A stretch of DNA of 64,000 nt from a virus (lineage: Duplodnaviria; Caudoviricetes), in the IMG/VR virus record IMGVR_UViG_3300042258_000071, positions 1 to 64,000 of that record. One strand, 5' to 3'. Made by a program: the position numbers and the translations under genes. Under the pieces are notes generated by a model. The model made no database searches and was not told where the DNA came from. It worked only from the letters and a program-made list of their open reading frames with translations. Positions 10,922 through 20,654 of the stretch are shown piece after piece (the first letter of the stretch is position 1; each line of letters opens with the position of its first letter).

Positions 10922-11364
10922 TTTCAATATCTAACTATACGTGGACTTAATATTAAGAGTTATTGCGAACACGCTAAAGTTAGATAAGATAGGTCGCTTA
11001 GATAGAAATATTTAAGTGAGCGCTCCTTAATTGACGGGGACCTCCTAAAGCCAAATCCACCAACCATATCTAGTGATAGAGTATGGGGCCAACTGTAATG
11101 GGTTGGGTAAGGTAAAAGAGATTTGGATACATGGACGATCCGCAGCGAAGCACCTCACACCTGTCGGGATGACAGCGATGAGATGAACGTTCAACGACTA
11201 AGGGATTCACCACCCTGTAGGGCCAAGGGGCTCGAAATAGGAGCAACCTTATCATCTCCCCTTTACGAGATGAAGGTTAAGATATAGTCTCGGCATCTGG
11301 GGAAATCCCAGAGCAGCACGTTATTGTGCGGGTAGAGAACTACCGAACTCTACTGAAGACACCG
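10922..11364 (+). ncRNA. group I intron (443 nt, no homing endonuclease ORF) in nvRNAP beta
   Basis: Core elements P TTGACGGGGA, Q GATCCGCAGC, R GTTCAACGACTA, S AAGATATAGTC; 5' exon ends in U (ACU pairs with GGU guide); terminal G at 11364; removal restores in-frame DRFGT|KGIECQVVPDEHMP. Confidence 0.92.
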
Positions 11365-12471
11365 AAAGGTATCGAATGTCAAGTTGTGCCCGATGAACAT
11401 ATGCCTGTCGATGAACAAGGCTTTCGAGCTGACGTTGTTGTCCATCCAGGGTCCGTTGTTGCCCGTATGAACCCAGGTCAGTTATATGAACAATTTATCA
11501 ACAGATGTTCAGAATTTGTACGTCGTAAACTTGAAAAGGTATATCCTACAAATCCTGATCTTGCTTTTGATCTTCTTATGGATTATTTTGGGGATATCAA
11601 TCCTAACTATCGTGACCTTGTGTTATCTGTTCGAAACACTCAAGAAGAACGTCATCTTCTTATTAGAGAATGTATCGAGGATAAAATCTATATAAACTGC
11701 CCACCTTCTCTAGATACAATGTATGACGACTACACCTATGAACGCGTCATGGCGAGACATCTTAAGGAGAACCCTGAACGTGCAACGGAGATGCTTGCAG
11801 AGAAAGGGTATGAACCTAACGACATTTTAGATGAATCACAATACACTGAAAATCTCATCTTAAAACTAAGTCAGAAATGGGGGTATGCTGAATCTCCTGT
11901 AACCTACACGATCCATGATGAACAAGGTATCCCTAAGACCTTTAAAACTATGAAGAATGTGTGCATCGGACCTCGGTACACATATATTCTATACAAAATT
12001 CCCTCTCCATCCTCCCCAGGTGTTGCGTATGTCTCACATTACGGTATCCCGATGAAGGGACCTTCTAGTGCTAAGATGGCTACAATGGCAGCACCAACCG
12101 CTATTCGAGAAGGGGAGGATGAGCTTCGCATCCTCTTACATGACATTCCTTCTGAAGACATGCTTAGATTTACAGGTCTTCAATCGGCTTCTCTTACAGC
12201 TGTTAATAAAGTTATCGAAGAACTCTTAGTCTCTGAACACCCAATGAACATCGATCGGTTTAACATTTCAACTGAAGAGATTCGCAATACACATGCTCCC
12301 ATCAACCTATTACGTCACATGATGGCAACAATCGGTGTTGACATTGTAGATACCTGTGCCACCGATGCCGATGTTCCTGACTTTATGAGGGGAGATTATT
12401 CTGAGGAAGATGATATCGATGCTGAAGATGAGATTAAAATAAGGGATGTTCTAGATGAAAAGAATCAGTAG
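11365..12471 (+). CDS. non-virion RNAP beta-like subunit, exon 2 (spliced product ~779 aa)
   Basis: KGI..VVPDEHMPVD..G.RADVVVHPGSVVARMNPGQLYE, IGPRY..LYK and REGEDE beta motifs. Confidence 0.9.
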   Translation, partial: KGIECQVVPDEHMPVDEQGFRADVVVHPGSVVARMNPGQLYEQFINRCSEFVRRKLEKVYPTNPDLAFDLLMDYFGDINPNYRDLVLSVRNTQEERHLLIRECIEDKIYINCPPSLDTMYDDYTYERVMARHLKENPERATEMLAEKGYEPNDILDESQYTENLILKLSQKWGYAESPVTYTIHDEQGIPKTFKTMKNVCIGPRYTYILYKIPSPSSPGVAYVSHYGIPMKGPSSAKMATMAAPTAIREGEDELRILLHDIPSEDMLRFTGLQSASLTAVNKVIEELLVSEHPMNIDRFNISTEEIRNTHAPINLLRHMMATIGVDIVDTCATDADVPDFMRGDYSEEDDIDAEDEIKIRDVLDEKNQ

Positions 12472-14401
12472 TCTTCAGTCAATTATTTCTGATCCAAATT
12501 ACATCGATGTGCTCGTTGAGCGCAAAACAGACTTGTATGAAATTCCTCTTGCAGAAGGCCCTTTCAAGATTGAGGCGAATTGGCTTCTTATAAATATAAT
12601 TATGTGGAACCCTTTCATTGTGAGAGGGTATCCTATTAAAAGGGAATATCTTCTGTATGATGAGGATATCGTAAAATCTAGTCTTCAACGTATTCACAAC
12701 AACATGTGGTTTGATGCAGATTTGGTACCTGGAATGGAGGCAGATCTTCTAAAAGAAGAAATGGCCTTTTGCCATAATGCAGCTTTTAATATCGCATTCA
12801 CACACCTGGGAAGTTATCACACATCGATCTCGTTATATGAGATCGAACAGTCTATGACACATCCGGAACTTGCACAAGCTACACATCTAAAATTTATAGC
12901 AGATGAGAGTATCAATGAGGTTGAGAAGCGTCTTGAGAAGGAATCCTCTAAGCTTTTAGAGGTATTCTCTGATCCTAAATATAAACATCTAAATTGTCTA
13001 TATCCCTACATCCGTCTTGGTGTTGCATCCAAACAGCAGATTCCACAAGTTCTACTTGCTGTGGGAACTAAGACGGATGTGAATGATTCTATGGTGCACC
13101 TTCCAATCGAGGGATCTTATTTACGAGGGATGAATAATATTCTTGAAGCAGCTGTTGATGCTTTAAGTGCTAAGAAGTCTGTTGGGTATAATAAATCGAA
13201 TCTTCCAAAGGCACAGTATACCAACCGACGTGCTCAGATCCTTGCATCTGTGATTCGAACCTTGCATCCTGGAGATTGTGGAACTCAGTTAACAACACCT
13301 TTCCTCTTAACTGCTCGGAAAGCAAAACATGCTAAAGGCATGTACATAAAGCAGCATGGTACGCTCATTGAACTGTCCTCACATAATCTCTCTGATTACA
13401 TTGGGAAGGTTGTAAATCTTAGATCTCCTTTAACCTGTCGACACACCGATGGGGTATGCGAAGCATGCTCTGGTCGTCTAGCACGCAATATGCATCCAAA
13501 TATGGTGATAGGGCTTGCATCTGTTATTGAGACAATATCTCCTATTGGTCAACTTCTTTTATCTAATAAACATTTCTCACAAACCTCTACTGTAACCTAC
13601 AACATGCCGCAAGTTGCAGATCTTATGTTCAGGGTTGATCGAGATAGAATTTATCTTAGGGAAAATCTTATCGATCATCAAATGCACCTACATGCTGTTA
13701 TACCGTTCATGTATTTCTCCCGCATCACGGATTTATCAGTAATAGATGACGATGCTCAGATCAACGACGCTGATTTCTCAGATGTTAGAGAACTTGCAAT
13801 CATAGACGATCGGTACGACGAGAACCCTCTCCCTCCAACGATCATGCTAGATGATAATAAAACGTCTCCTTACTTCACTAAAGAATTCTTACTCTATATC
13901 AAAAATAACCAAGACATGCTTACGATCACAGAAAGTGAAATTGTTGTCTCATTAGGTAAATGGGACGTACATGAAGCTATCATGGGATATGTCATGGAGA
14001 ATGCCTCCATGCCTCGTTTCGTGGATCGTATTACACGACTCTTTATGAAAGACATTCAAGACTATACATCTATTGAAGACGTTCTTAAAGATTTCACAGA
14101 TATCATTTACACCAAAGTTGAACCACATCTCTATCATATTTGTGTTGCACTGAAAGCTTGTATGGTAGTCTCCAATAATGATTATAGAGTTCCTTGTGTG
14201 ACAGATATTAATAATGTTAAATTCAGACCCCTCCTACACTCTATTCCGCAAAGATCTATTGGAGCCCAACTTGCGTTCGAAAGGACTGAAGGGTATCTTC
14301 AAAACCCTCGCGCATATACGATCCCTAAGATCAATGGTCCGTTCGATGCTTATGTGGGAATGATGGATTCTGATTATAAAACCTCAAGGAGAGGCGTATG
14401 A
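12455..14401 (+). CDS. non-virion RNAP beta'-like subunit, C-terminal part (phiKZ gp74-like)
   Basis: GDCGT, LRSPLTCRHTDGVCEACSG zinc site, QLLLSNKHF trigger-loop-like motif. Confidence 0.9.
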   Translation: MKRISSLQSIISDPNYIDVLVERKTDLYEIPLAEGPFKIEANWLLINIIMWNPFIVRGYPIKREYLLYDEDIVKSSLQRIHNNMWFDADLVPGMEADLLKEEMAFCHNAAFNIAFTHLGSYHTSISLYEIEQSMTHPELAQATHLKFIADESINEVEKRLEKESSKLLEVFSDPKYKHLNCLYPYIRLGVASKQQIPQVLLAVGTKTDVNDSMVHLPIEGSYLRGMNNILEAAVDALSAKKSVGYNKSNLPKAQYTNRRAQILASVIRTLHPGDCGTQLTTPFLLTARKAKHAKGMYIKQHGTLIELSSHNLSDYIGKVVNLRSPLTCRHTDGVCEACSGRLARNMHPNMVIGLASVIETISPIGQLLLSNKHFSQTSTVTYNMPQVADLMFRVDRDRIYLRENLIDHQMHLHAVIPFMYFSRITDLSVIDDDAQINDADFSDVRELAIIDDRYDENPLPPTIMLDDNKTSPYFTKEFLLYIKNNQDMLTITESEIVVSLGKWDVHEAIMGYVMENASMPRFVDRITRLFMKDIQDYTSIEDVLKDFTDIIYTKVEPHLYHICVALKACMVVSNNDYRVPCVTDINNVKFRPLLHSIPQRSIGAQLAFERTEGYLQNPRAYTIPKINGPFDAYVGMMDSDYKTSRRGV

Positions 14402-14745
14402 CAACCACCAATGCTCTTCTTCTTGCAGATGAGGCTGTGAACCTTCTTATATCCAAACTTGAGAAGACAGACAATCTAAAAATTGTAAACAAAGATGATA
14501 TCGTGGTATCCCTTTCTAAATATCGACACTTTCTATTCGTACAACTGCATTACGATGGTAGAGTGAGACATGGGAAGTGGTTGATACAAAATAATCTCTT
14601 AAAAAAATTCCATGCTTCCAGACGAGAATACAAAGACATCATGCGTCATCTCAAACTTGATGTGGGATTATCCCCTGTTGAAATAAGCTGTCTTCTAAAT
14701 ACTTCCATTGAAAAAGTTCATTGGAACATCTCAAAGTTAGAATAA
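14398..14745 (+). CDS. small protein with a C-terminal sigma-region-4/LuxR-like HTH
   Basis: GLSPVEISCLLNTSIEKVHWNISK; ATGA overlap with the beta' stop. Confidence 0.5.
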   Translation: MTTTNALLLADEAVNLLISKLEKTDNLKIVNKDDIVVSLSKYRHFLFVQLHYDGRVRHGKWLIQNNLLKKFHASRREYKDIMRHLKLDVGLSPVEISCLLNTSIEKVHWNISKLE

Positions 14746-14758
14746 TGCTATCGTCAAC

Positions 14759-14792
14759 AAGAGAGAAGGGAGCATTCGCTCCCTTCTCTCTT
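14759..14792. terminator. intrinsic terminator
   Basis: aagagagaagggagc-attc-gctcccttctctctt. Confidence 0.85.
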
Positions 14793-14911
14793 ATATCTAT
14801 ATTTCTTTTTATTTTAGGTTTTAGGCTATCTTATAAGGGATGTTTAAGTGCATACCCTTGTAAAAGAGGTTATATGTCGACGTAGCCATATTTCCATTAA
14901 ATCATTTTAAT

Positions 14912-16444
14912 ATGACCATCGGAAGGGTCTCTAACATGATTTTAGTTGAGAGAACACCTTTTAGTTTCAGGGTAAAAATTGATTACAAAGGTTGTCTGTA
15001 TGGAACAGATATTTTTATTCGAAAATATCAAAACAGTTTCACAAGGTGGGGGTTTGATCCTAAGTTAAATCGAGGGGTCCCAAAGGAGAAATATTTCTTT
15101 ATAGATAAAAAAAGAAACGTCGTATATTTCCCACGATATGATCTTAATCGATTTGTTCAACTCATTGAATCTGAAGGTGAAAGCATTCGATTTAAAGACC
15201 TCCCTTTATGTGAAGGTGCTGATATTGATATTTCTTTAAAATCTGGTATTCAAGATCAGAGTACTTTACAGACAGATGCCTTAGAATATTTAACAGGTCC
15301 TTTTGAACCTCTTAAAGGCATATCTCTTCAAACGGGGAAGGGTAAAAGTTATGTCGCCATTAAATACTGTGTTCTTCGTAAAAAAAGGGTAATGATTGGA
15401 TGTAAAGGACTTGTTGACCAATGGGTTGATGAAATCTTTGCATTTACAGATGCTAAAAAAGAGGATGTGTATATCATCCAAGGTCAAGATAGTCTCATCA
15501 AACTTCTAGATGGCATAGATAAAACAATCTTCCCCAAGTTTATTGTGTATTCCATTCCGACATTAAGACCTTATGCATTTGATGCGGATAATTATGAGGG
15601 CTCCCCTCTATTTGATGATCTCCCTCAGCTCTTAAATGTAGGGCTTAGAATTACAGATGAAGCACATCTTAATTTCCACTGCAACTATGTGATGGATCTG
15701 CGATTGTGTGTAAATCAGCTTATTCCTCTCACAGCAACTTTTGATGTCTCAGATAGCACTGTTAAACGTATCTTTGATGGACACTATCCCCCATGCGTTC
15801 GATTTGGAGAAGACATCCTTGATAAATATATTGATGTCTATGCCTACGGGTGTCGTTCTGGACATGGGGATATCCCAAGATATGCATATCAGACCCCTAG
15901 AGGATATAGCCACGTCATGTACGAAAAATGGCTTCTCACAAGAGCGAAATGGAAGCTTGAGTGGTTATGGTCAAGTGTTTACAGACTTATCATTAATGAA
16001 CAATATATTTCTAAATTTCCTAAACCTGGGCAAAAGTTACTCATCTTGTGTGAAACAAAAAATATGTGCAATTGGATCTCTGAGAGATTCAAAAGGGAAT
16101 ACCCTCAGTATAAAGACTCGACAGGACAGTTTCTACATGGGGACGATAAAGATCTCTTAAAAACTTTAAGTGTCATTGTTTCAACACCAAAGTCTTGTGG
16201 GACTGGTAAAGATATCAAGAGACTTATGTCAACACTAAACACTATATCGATTCGGAGTGAACCTTTAAACATTCAAATACTGGGACGTATACGAAAACCT
16301 AAACATCCTGGAGATAGTAAACAGGTTCAAATGTCATATGTCTTTAATAAATCTATTATGCCACAAGTGGATCATCATCACTTGCGAGAACGCATCTACA
16401 AACCAAGGGCAAAATCTTTTACAACTTACAACCTTCATAATTAA
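14912..16444 (+). CDS. SF2 (UvsW/Rad25-like) helicase, phiKZ gp75-like
   Basis: Motif I LQTGKGKS, II DEAH, III TAT, V GTGKDI, VI QILGRIR. Confidence 0.9.
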   Translation: MTIGRVSNMILVERTPFSFRVKIDYKGCLYGTDIFIRKYQNSFTRWGFDPKLNRGVPKEKYFFIDKKRNVVYFPRYDLNRFVQLIESEGESIRFKDLPLCEGADIDISLKSGIQDQSTLQTDALEYLTGPFEPLKGISLQTGKGKSYVAIKYCVLRKKRVMIGCKGLVDQWVDEIFAFTDAKKEDVYIIQGQDSLIKLLDGIDKTIFPKFIVYSIPTLRPYAFDADNYEGSPLFDDLPQLLNVGLRITDEAHLNFHCNYVMDLRLCVNQLIPLTATFDVSDSTVKRIFDGHYPPCVRFGEDILDKYIDVYAYGCRSGHGDIPRYAYQTPRGYSHVMYEKWLLTRAKWKLEWLWSSVYRLIINEQYISKFPKPGQKLLILCETKNMCNWISERFKREYPQYKDSTGQFLHGDDKDLLKTLSVIVSTPKSCGTGKDIKRLMSTLNTISIRSEPLNIQILGRIRKPKHPGDSKQVQMSYVFNKSIMPQVDHHHLRERIYKPRAKSFTTYNLHN

Positions 16445-16550
16445 CCATACCAACCTTATAAGAGGAGAGGGTTCGAACCCTCTTCTCTTATATTCTATTA
16501 TCTGAAAACGTTATATGATATGAAAAAATAGCATAAAAGGATTCTCCTCT

Positions 16551-17294
16551 ATGGAAGTTATTTTACAGACAATTGGGGATAAAACCAATCAATTCCCAGA
16601 ATATCAGTTTAATGTTTTCTACCCTATCGCCATTATGTATCAAGATCCAAAATCTGAGAATGTTTATTTTAAATTTGTTGAACCCCTATCGCTTGTAGAT
16701 GGATCTACCCTTGGTCTTAAATCTAAAACACCTTTTCTCTTAGCAGTTGATTTTGTAACACGAGAAGAGTATCATATTAATCTTCGACGGTTAAGGTATG
16801 TATTTCCGATAACCAAAGAATCGTTAGATGCGATCGCACTTGCAAATTCTAAAGAGACAATTTTTGAAGCAGGTGTTATACTTGAAAGCCTCTTTACTAA
16901 AGAATCTGTGAATATTGCAAATATTGATGGTTTTGGGTTTAATTATATTGCTAAGTATAATGATCTCCTTGAGAAGTTTAAAACCATTAAATTTTCAGCA
17001 GATGCTAATATTCTAGATCATGAAAATACATCAGATGAATTCTCACGGGGAGTCTCTAAGTTTGCAGAAGTTCTTAGACAAATTGTTGCAACCTCAGATC
17101 TCCCCGCCCCTCAAAAAGATCACATGCATGAAATGGTTGCAGAAGCATATCACGCTGCCCCTTATGCATACTCAAAAGATATTCGTATTAAAGAAGTTGT
17201 TACTAAGGTAAACTTCTTATCCCGGCAAAATGCTGAGCTCATCACGCGATGTGCTAAAAATGGTATCGATGTTTCAGATATTACCACACCTTAA
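16551..17294 (+). CDS. hypothetical protein (247 aa)
   Basis: ORF with SD; no recognised motif. Confidence 0.7.
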   Translation: MEVILQTIGDKTNQFPEYQFNVFYPIAIMYQDPKSENVYFKFVEPLSLVDGSTLGLKSKTPFLLAVDFVTREEYHINLRRLRYVFPITKESLDAIALANSKETIFEAGVILESLFTKESVNIANIDGFGFNYIAKYNDLLEKFKTIKFSADANILDHENTSDEFSRGVSKFAEVLRQIVATSDLPAPQKDHMHEMVAEAYHAAPYAYSKDIRIKEVVTKVNFLSRQNAELITRCAKNGIDVSDITTP

Positions 17295-17306
17295 ATGAGG
17301 ATATAG

Positions 17307-17594
17307 ATGGCTAAAAATGACATCCTTAAAACTCTTGAGAAAACTCTTTCTCAGGATCTCCACATGCAACATGTTTCTAACGGTTTGGGATTTGAAGATT
17401 ACATCCCATACCTAAAAGGTACTTATCTCCCACAACGTAATGTGGGTCTTCGTAAGTTCTCCATATTAACATCCATTGAGAAGCCTCGTCTTAAGAAGAT
17501 TCTTCAGGGAACGGAATACGCCACAAATGATGAAGTGGATAAATTGCGAGCGGCTGTTGAGAGTATAGAGTCTAAATATAAACGTTTTAAATAA
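17307..17594 (+). CDS. small XRE-like HTH protein
   Basis: NVGLRKFSILTSIEKPRLKKILQG..ATNDEVDKL pattern; GAGG SD. Confidence 0.45.
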   Translation: MAKNDILKTLEKTLSQDLHMQHVSNGLGFEDYIPYLKGTYLPQRNVGLRKFSILTSIEKPRLKKILQGTEYATNDEVDKLRAAVESIESKYKRFK

Positions 17595-17681
17595 CAACAA
17601 GAGAGAGGTGGGATTTACCCACCTCTCTCTTGATCTTATGAGTTATTTTTTTACATCTCCTAGCTAAAGGATAATGTTACA

Positions 17682-18752
17682 ATGTTAGATGATGATAATG
17701 TATCGGTAGAAGATTTCTATCTAGATTTAGATATGGAAGATCAAAATATTCATAATGCCTTCTTAGATTTAAGAAAACTTGACTATGAAATCGATGAAAT
17801 GATTTCGTTAGGAGAGACTATTTCCACCCATGGTATCTCTCCTTCACTACTATATGTTATCTCTTCTAAAGAGTCTCTTTATAAAACAACAACTCTTAAC
17901 ACTGTAAATATGGAGTCTTTAAAGGAGGGGTGGCGACCTAATGACCCCAGAGTTAAGATAGCTGTTGAAGCTGTGGGTACCGCCCTTGGGCGTGTTATTA
18001 CATCTTTTATCGGTAAAGCATCTGGAGTACTAACAGCGATCGGATCGCGTATCCTTAAAGTTTTAACAGGGGGTGTAAAACTACTTACAAGTCCTCTAAC
18101 ATTACTCACGGCGGCTATTGGTGCAGGGGTCGTTACAACTTCAGATGTCATAACAGCTCATCCCTGGCAGACAGTTATGATGGCAGCTTCTGCAATGGCA
18201 GGATTTCCTGCATTAATCGCTCTTGTCACGCGAACATCTCTCCCCTCCTCTATGATTGCCATGCGTATGTGGTATAAACTCATTGCAGATGGAATCTCTA
18301 AAGCTCCCTTAGGGAAATTCTTTTCGGTAAAAGTTCATAAAGAGGGCTTGAAACTTGTAAGAATTGTGAAAGAACCTGTTACAGCAGCTGCCTCACGTCT
18401 TGGATATCAGGGCTCTGTTGTTCAACGTGTTGTTAAAAGTGTTATAGGGCTGTTTGGTAAAAATGGTCCTATTATGCAATCTTTTGGGATTCTCAAAACT
18501 TGGATTGGTAAAGCATTCTCCTCTCTTAAGACCCTAGATAAATCTCTTATGGCCCCTAAGAAGACCGCTATTGGTAAAGTTTTACGATTCTCCTGGGACA
18601 TGTTTCGCTCTTCATTCACAACACCTCTTGGTCTTCTAATGACTTCGGTTAGTCAATTCTCAAAAGCTCTAAAGAAGTCTAAACTTAAAGAAGATGATGC
18701 TGAAATTGAAAAACATAATGAAGAACAGAAATCACAAGAGAAGACAGGATAG
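17682..18752 (+). CDS. internal head (ejection/inner-body type) protein with acidic propeptide
   Basis: Acidic N-terminus with S/A-x-E sites (SVE, SKE, AVE) typical of phiKZ gp175 protease substrates; basic amphipathic C-terminal part; shares GISPSL with the next gene. Confidence 0.65.
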   Translation: MLDDDNVSVEDFYLDLDMEDQNIHNAFLDLRKLDYEIDEMISLGETISTHGISPSLLYVISSKESLYKTTTLNTVNMESLKEGWRPNDPRVKIAVEAVGTALGRVITSFIGKASGVLTAIGSRILKVLTGGVKLLTSPLTLLTAAIGAGVVTTSDVITAHPWQTVMMAASAMAGFPALIALVTRTSLPSSMIAMRMWYKLIADGISKAPLGKFFSVKVHKEGLKLVRIVKEPVTAAASRLGYQGSVVQRVVKSVIGLFGKNGPIMQSFGILKTWIGKAFSSLKTLDKSLMAPKKTAIGKVLRFSWDMFRSSFTTPLGLLMTSVSQFSKALKKSKLKEDDAEIEKHNEEQKSQEKTG

Positions 18753-18855
18753 ATACACCATTATATGCATTACCTCATTTAGGTTATGTAATTTGTTATG
18801 TGTGAGGAAGCATATTTTAACTCACACATGTTGATACTGTACCTTTGCGCAAAGG

Positions 18856-19998
18856 ATGCCAAAAATGTTTGACAGTTTGCAAACTGCCGTAGAAGATCTT
18901 GATATCTTCATCGATGCCGATGATGACTATGATGCCGTTGAAACCGATCTTGAGATTCAGGAAGCTGAAGCTGAGCTTTCTGCACTTGAAGATTTGGATA
19001 AAACCATCTCCGATCTTGATAATCTGTCAGGTGCCATCGAGAAATATGGTATCTCCCCGAGCCTCGTTGCCTTTGCTGACAAAGGTGGGCTTCTGTCTAG
19101 TGCTGCACTTCTCCCGTCACTAGAATCCGTTGGTACTGAATCGTATGGTTCAGATCATACAGAGTCGGTTGCCGCCATGGAATCGATTGGTGAGAAGATC
19201 AAAGAAATGGCTGCGGCTTTCATCGGCAAAATTTCTGCTGCGGGTCAGAAAGTGTACTCCGCCGTCATGGGGTTCTTTAAAGGCATTTATACCAAAGTAT
19301 CAGGAATGCTGGGTCGTTCCAGTAAAGCTGAAGAAACAACCACCGAATTGAAGGCAGGTGTAACTTATGGAATTGCCGCTGCAGCGGTCGCTGCGCTGGT
19401 CATGCTTCCAGGTGCAATCGCAACTGTGGTTTCTGTGAAAGCTGGGATGGGTAAGACTACCCTTGAGGCAACCAAAATTGTCCTTAAAGGTGCCCTTGGA
19501 AAAATTGGTAAAATTCCAGGAGCGACGCTATCTCTGGCACGCTCTGGTGCCGTCAAAGTAGGTAAGGCTGCTGTTGAAACCAAGACTGCCACCTTGAAGG
19601 CCCTTGGGTGGTCCAAGAGCAAACTCGTAGACATCCTTAAGAAATGCGCCGATGCATTCCGCCCGGGCGGTATTCTTGCCAAAGCAGCTGCGACCACATT
19701 AAACTGGATTAAATCGCTGGTGGGTTCTGTACAAACTGGTGCTAAAGCGGTTGGGAGTGCTGTAAAAACTGGTTCTGGTAAAGTAGCAGCTGGTGCTAAA
19801 GCGGTCGGTGAAACTCTTAGTCAGAAATTTTCCATCTGGCGCGCCAGTGTTGGTATCTCGTTGCGTTTCTGCTGGTCGATGTTGCGGTCGGTTGCGGGAT
19901 CTATCTGGTCTATGATCACTCGCGCAGTGTCGTCTGTTAGCGCTGGGTTCAAAGGCTTCACGTCGGGTGTTAAAGGTGGTGCCAGCGCCGCTGCATAA
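18856..19998 (+). CDS. internal head protein paralogue
   Basis: AVE, ALE, AIE, SLE and AME sites in an acidic N-terminus; Lys/Ala/Gly-rich mature region with a hydrophobic segment. Confidence 0.7.
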   Translation: MPKMFDSLQTAVEDLDIFIDADDDYDAVETDLEIQEAEAELSALEDLDKTISDLDNLSGAIEKYGISPSLVAFADKGGLLSSAALLPSLESVGTESYGSDHTESVAAMESIGEKIKEMAAAFIGKISAAGQKVYSAVMGFFKGIYTKVSGMLGRSSKAEETTTELKAGVTYGIAAAAVAALVMLPGAIATVVSVKAGMGKTTLEATKIVLKGALGKIGKIPGATLSLARSGAVKVGKAAVETKTATLKALGWSKSKLVDILKKCADAFRPGGILAKAAATTLNWIKSLVGSVQTGAKAVGSAVKTGSGKVAAGAKAVGETLSQKFSIWRASVGISLRFCWSMLRSVAGSIWSMITRAVSSVSAGFKGFTSGVKGGASAAA

Positions 19999-20026
19999 GA
20001 CCCCTTTCTACCAACTAGTTTAACAG

Positions 20027-20058
20027 ATAAGAGGGAGGGGTTAACCCCTCCCTCTTAT
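20027..20058. terminator. intrinsic terminator
   Basis: ataagagggagggg-ttaa-cccctccctcttat plus T-run. Confidence 0.85.
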
Positions 20059-20105
20059 TTTTGTATGTTTGAAAATGATGGGTAGATTCAAGAGAGTTAC
20101 AACTA

Positions 20106-20113
20106 TATATTAC
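20106..20113 (+). promoter_or_regulatory. phiKZ-type early promoter
   Basis: tatatattactattttga. Confidence 0.75.
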
Positions 20114-20170
20114 TATTTTGAATCTAATTGTTAGATTTAAGTGCCAGTAATAGTACAAGATAGGTTAAAC

Positions 20171-20350
20171 ATGTATAAGTTTTCAGACACCGATAAAGAC
20201 GATGATGATCTTGACTCGCTATTTCCACAGGATGAATTCACCTCAGATACAGTGTCCAACCCTTTAGATGAAGGCGGGGATGGTCTTGATGAAGATCTCT
20301 TTGATAGCGACTCTGAGGAGTTAGATGAGCTCTATGGAGAAGATCGTTAA
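20171..20350 (+). CDS. small highly acidic early protein
   Basis: 59 aa from ATG 20171 with 24 Asp/Glu; first ORF after the early promoter. Confidence 0.6.
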   Translation: MYKFSDTDKDDDDLDSLFPQDEFTSDTVSNPLDEGGDGLDEDLFDSDSEELDELYGEDR

Positions 20351-20417
20351 TATTCTTTTTATTAATTTCTTTTTAGACACGTTTATATGTACACTATGCA
20401 TATAGGAGTTTCTTTAA

Positions 20418-20630
20418 ATGTTTCTAAACTTCAGAATATGGCTTATTAAAAAGCTTATTAGAACACACCCCTTCATGGCGAATGTTGTCGTCTATGAAGG
20501 GCGTGTCAGTAACTCTGTAGCAACCTATGGGGTTACGGAATGTGTGAACGATCCTTCTATTGAAGGTGTCACTATCGAACCTGTTAAATATCCATCTGAT
20601 CTACAAGCCGATATCGTTTTAGGTATCTAG
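20418..20630 (+). CDS. hypothetical protein (70 aa)
   Basis: AGGAG SD, ATG start. Confidence 0.6.
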   Translation: MFLNFRIWLIKKLIRTHPFMANVVVYEGRVSNSVATYGVTECVNDPSIEGVTIEPVKYPSDLQADIVLGI

Positions 20631-20654
20631 TCTCAACACCATAAGAACATAGGG

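Noticed and set aside
10922-11364. Separate genes, frameshift or intein explanation for the split RNAP genes; ORF 11070-11255; track starts at 11326 and 51809
   Set aside because: Group I core elements with covariation and exact in-frame restoration of conserved motifs explain all three gaps; those starts lie inside intron RNA
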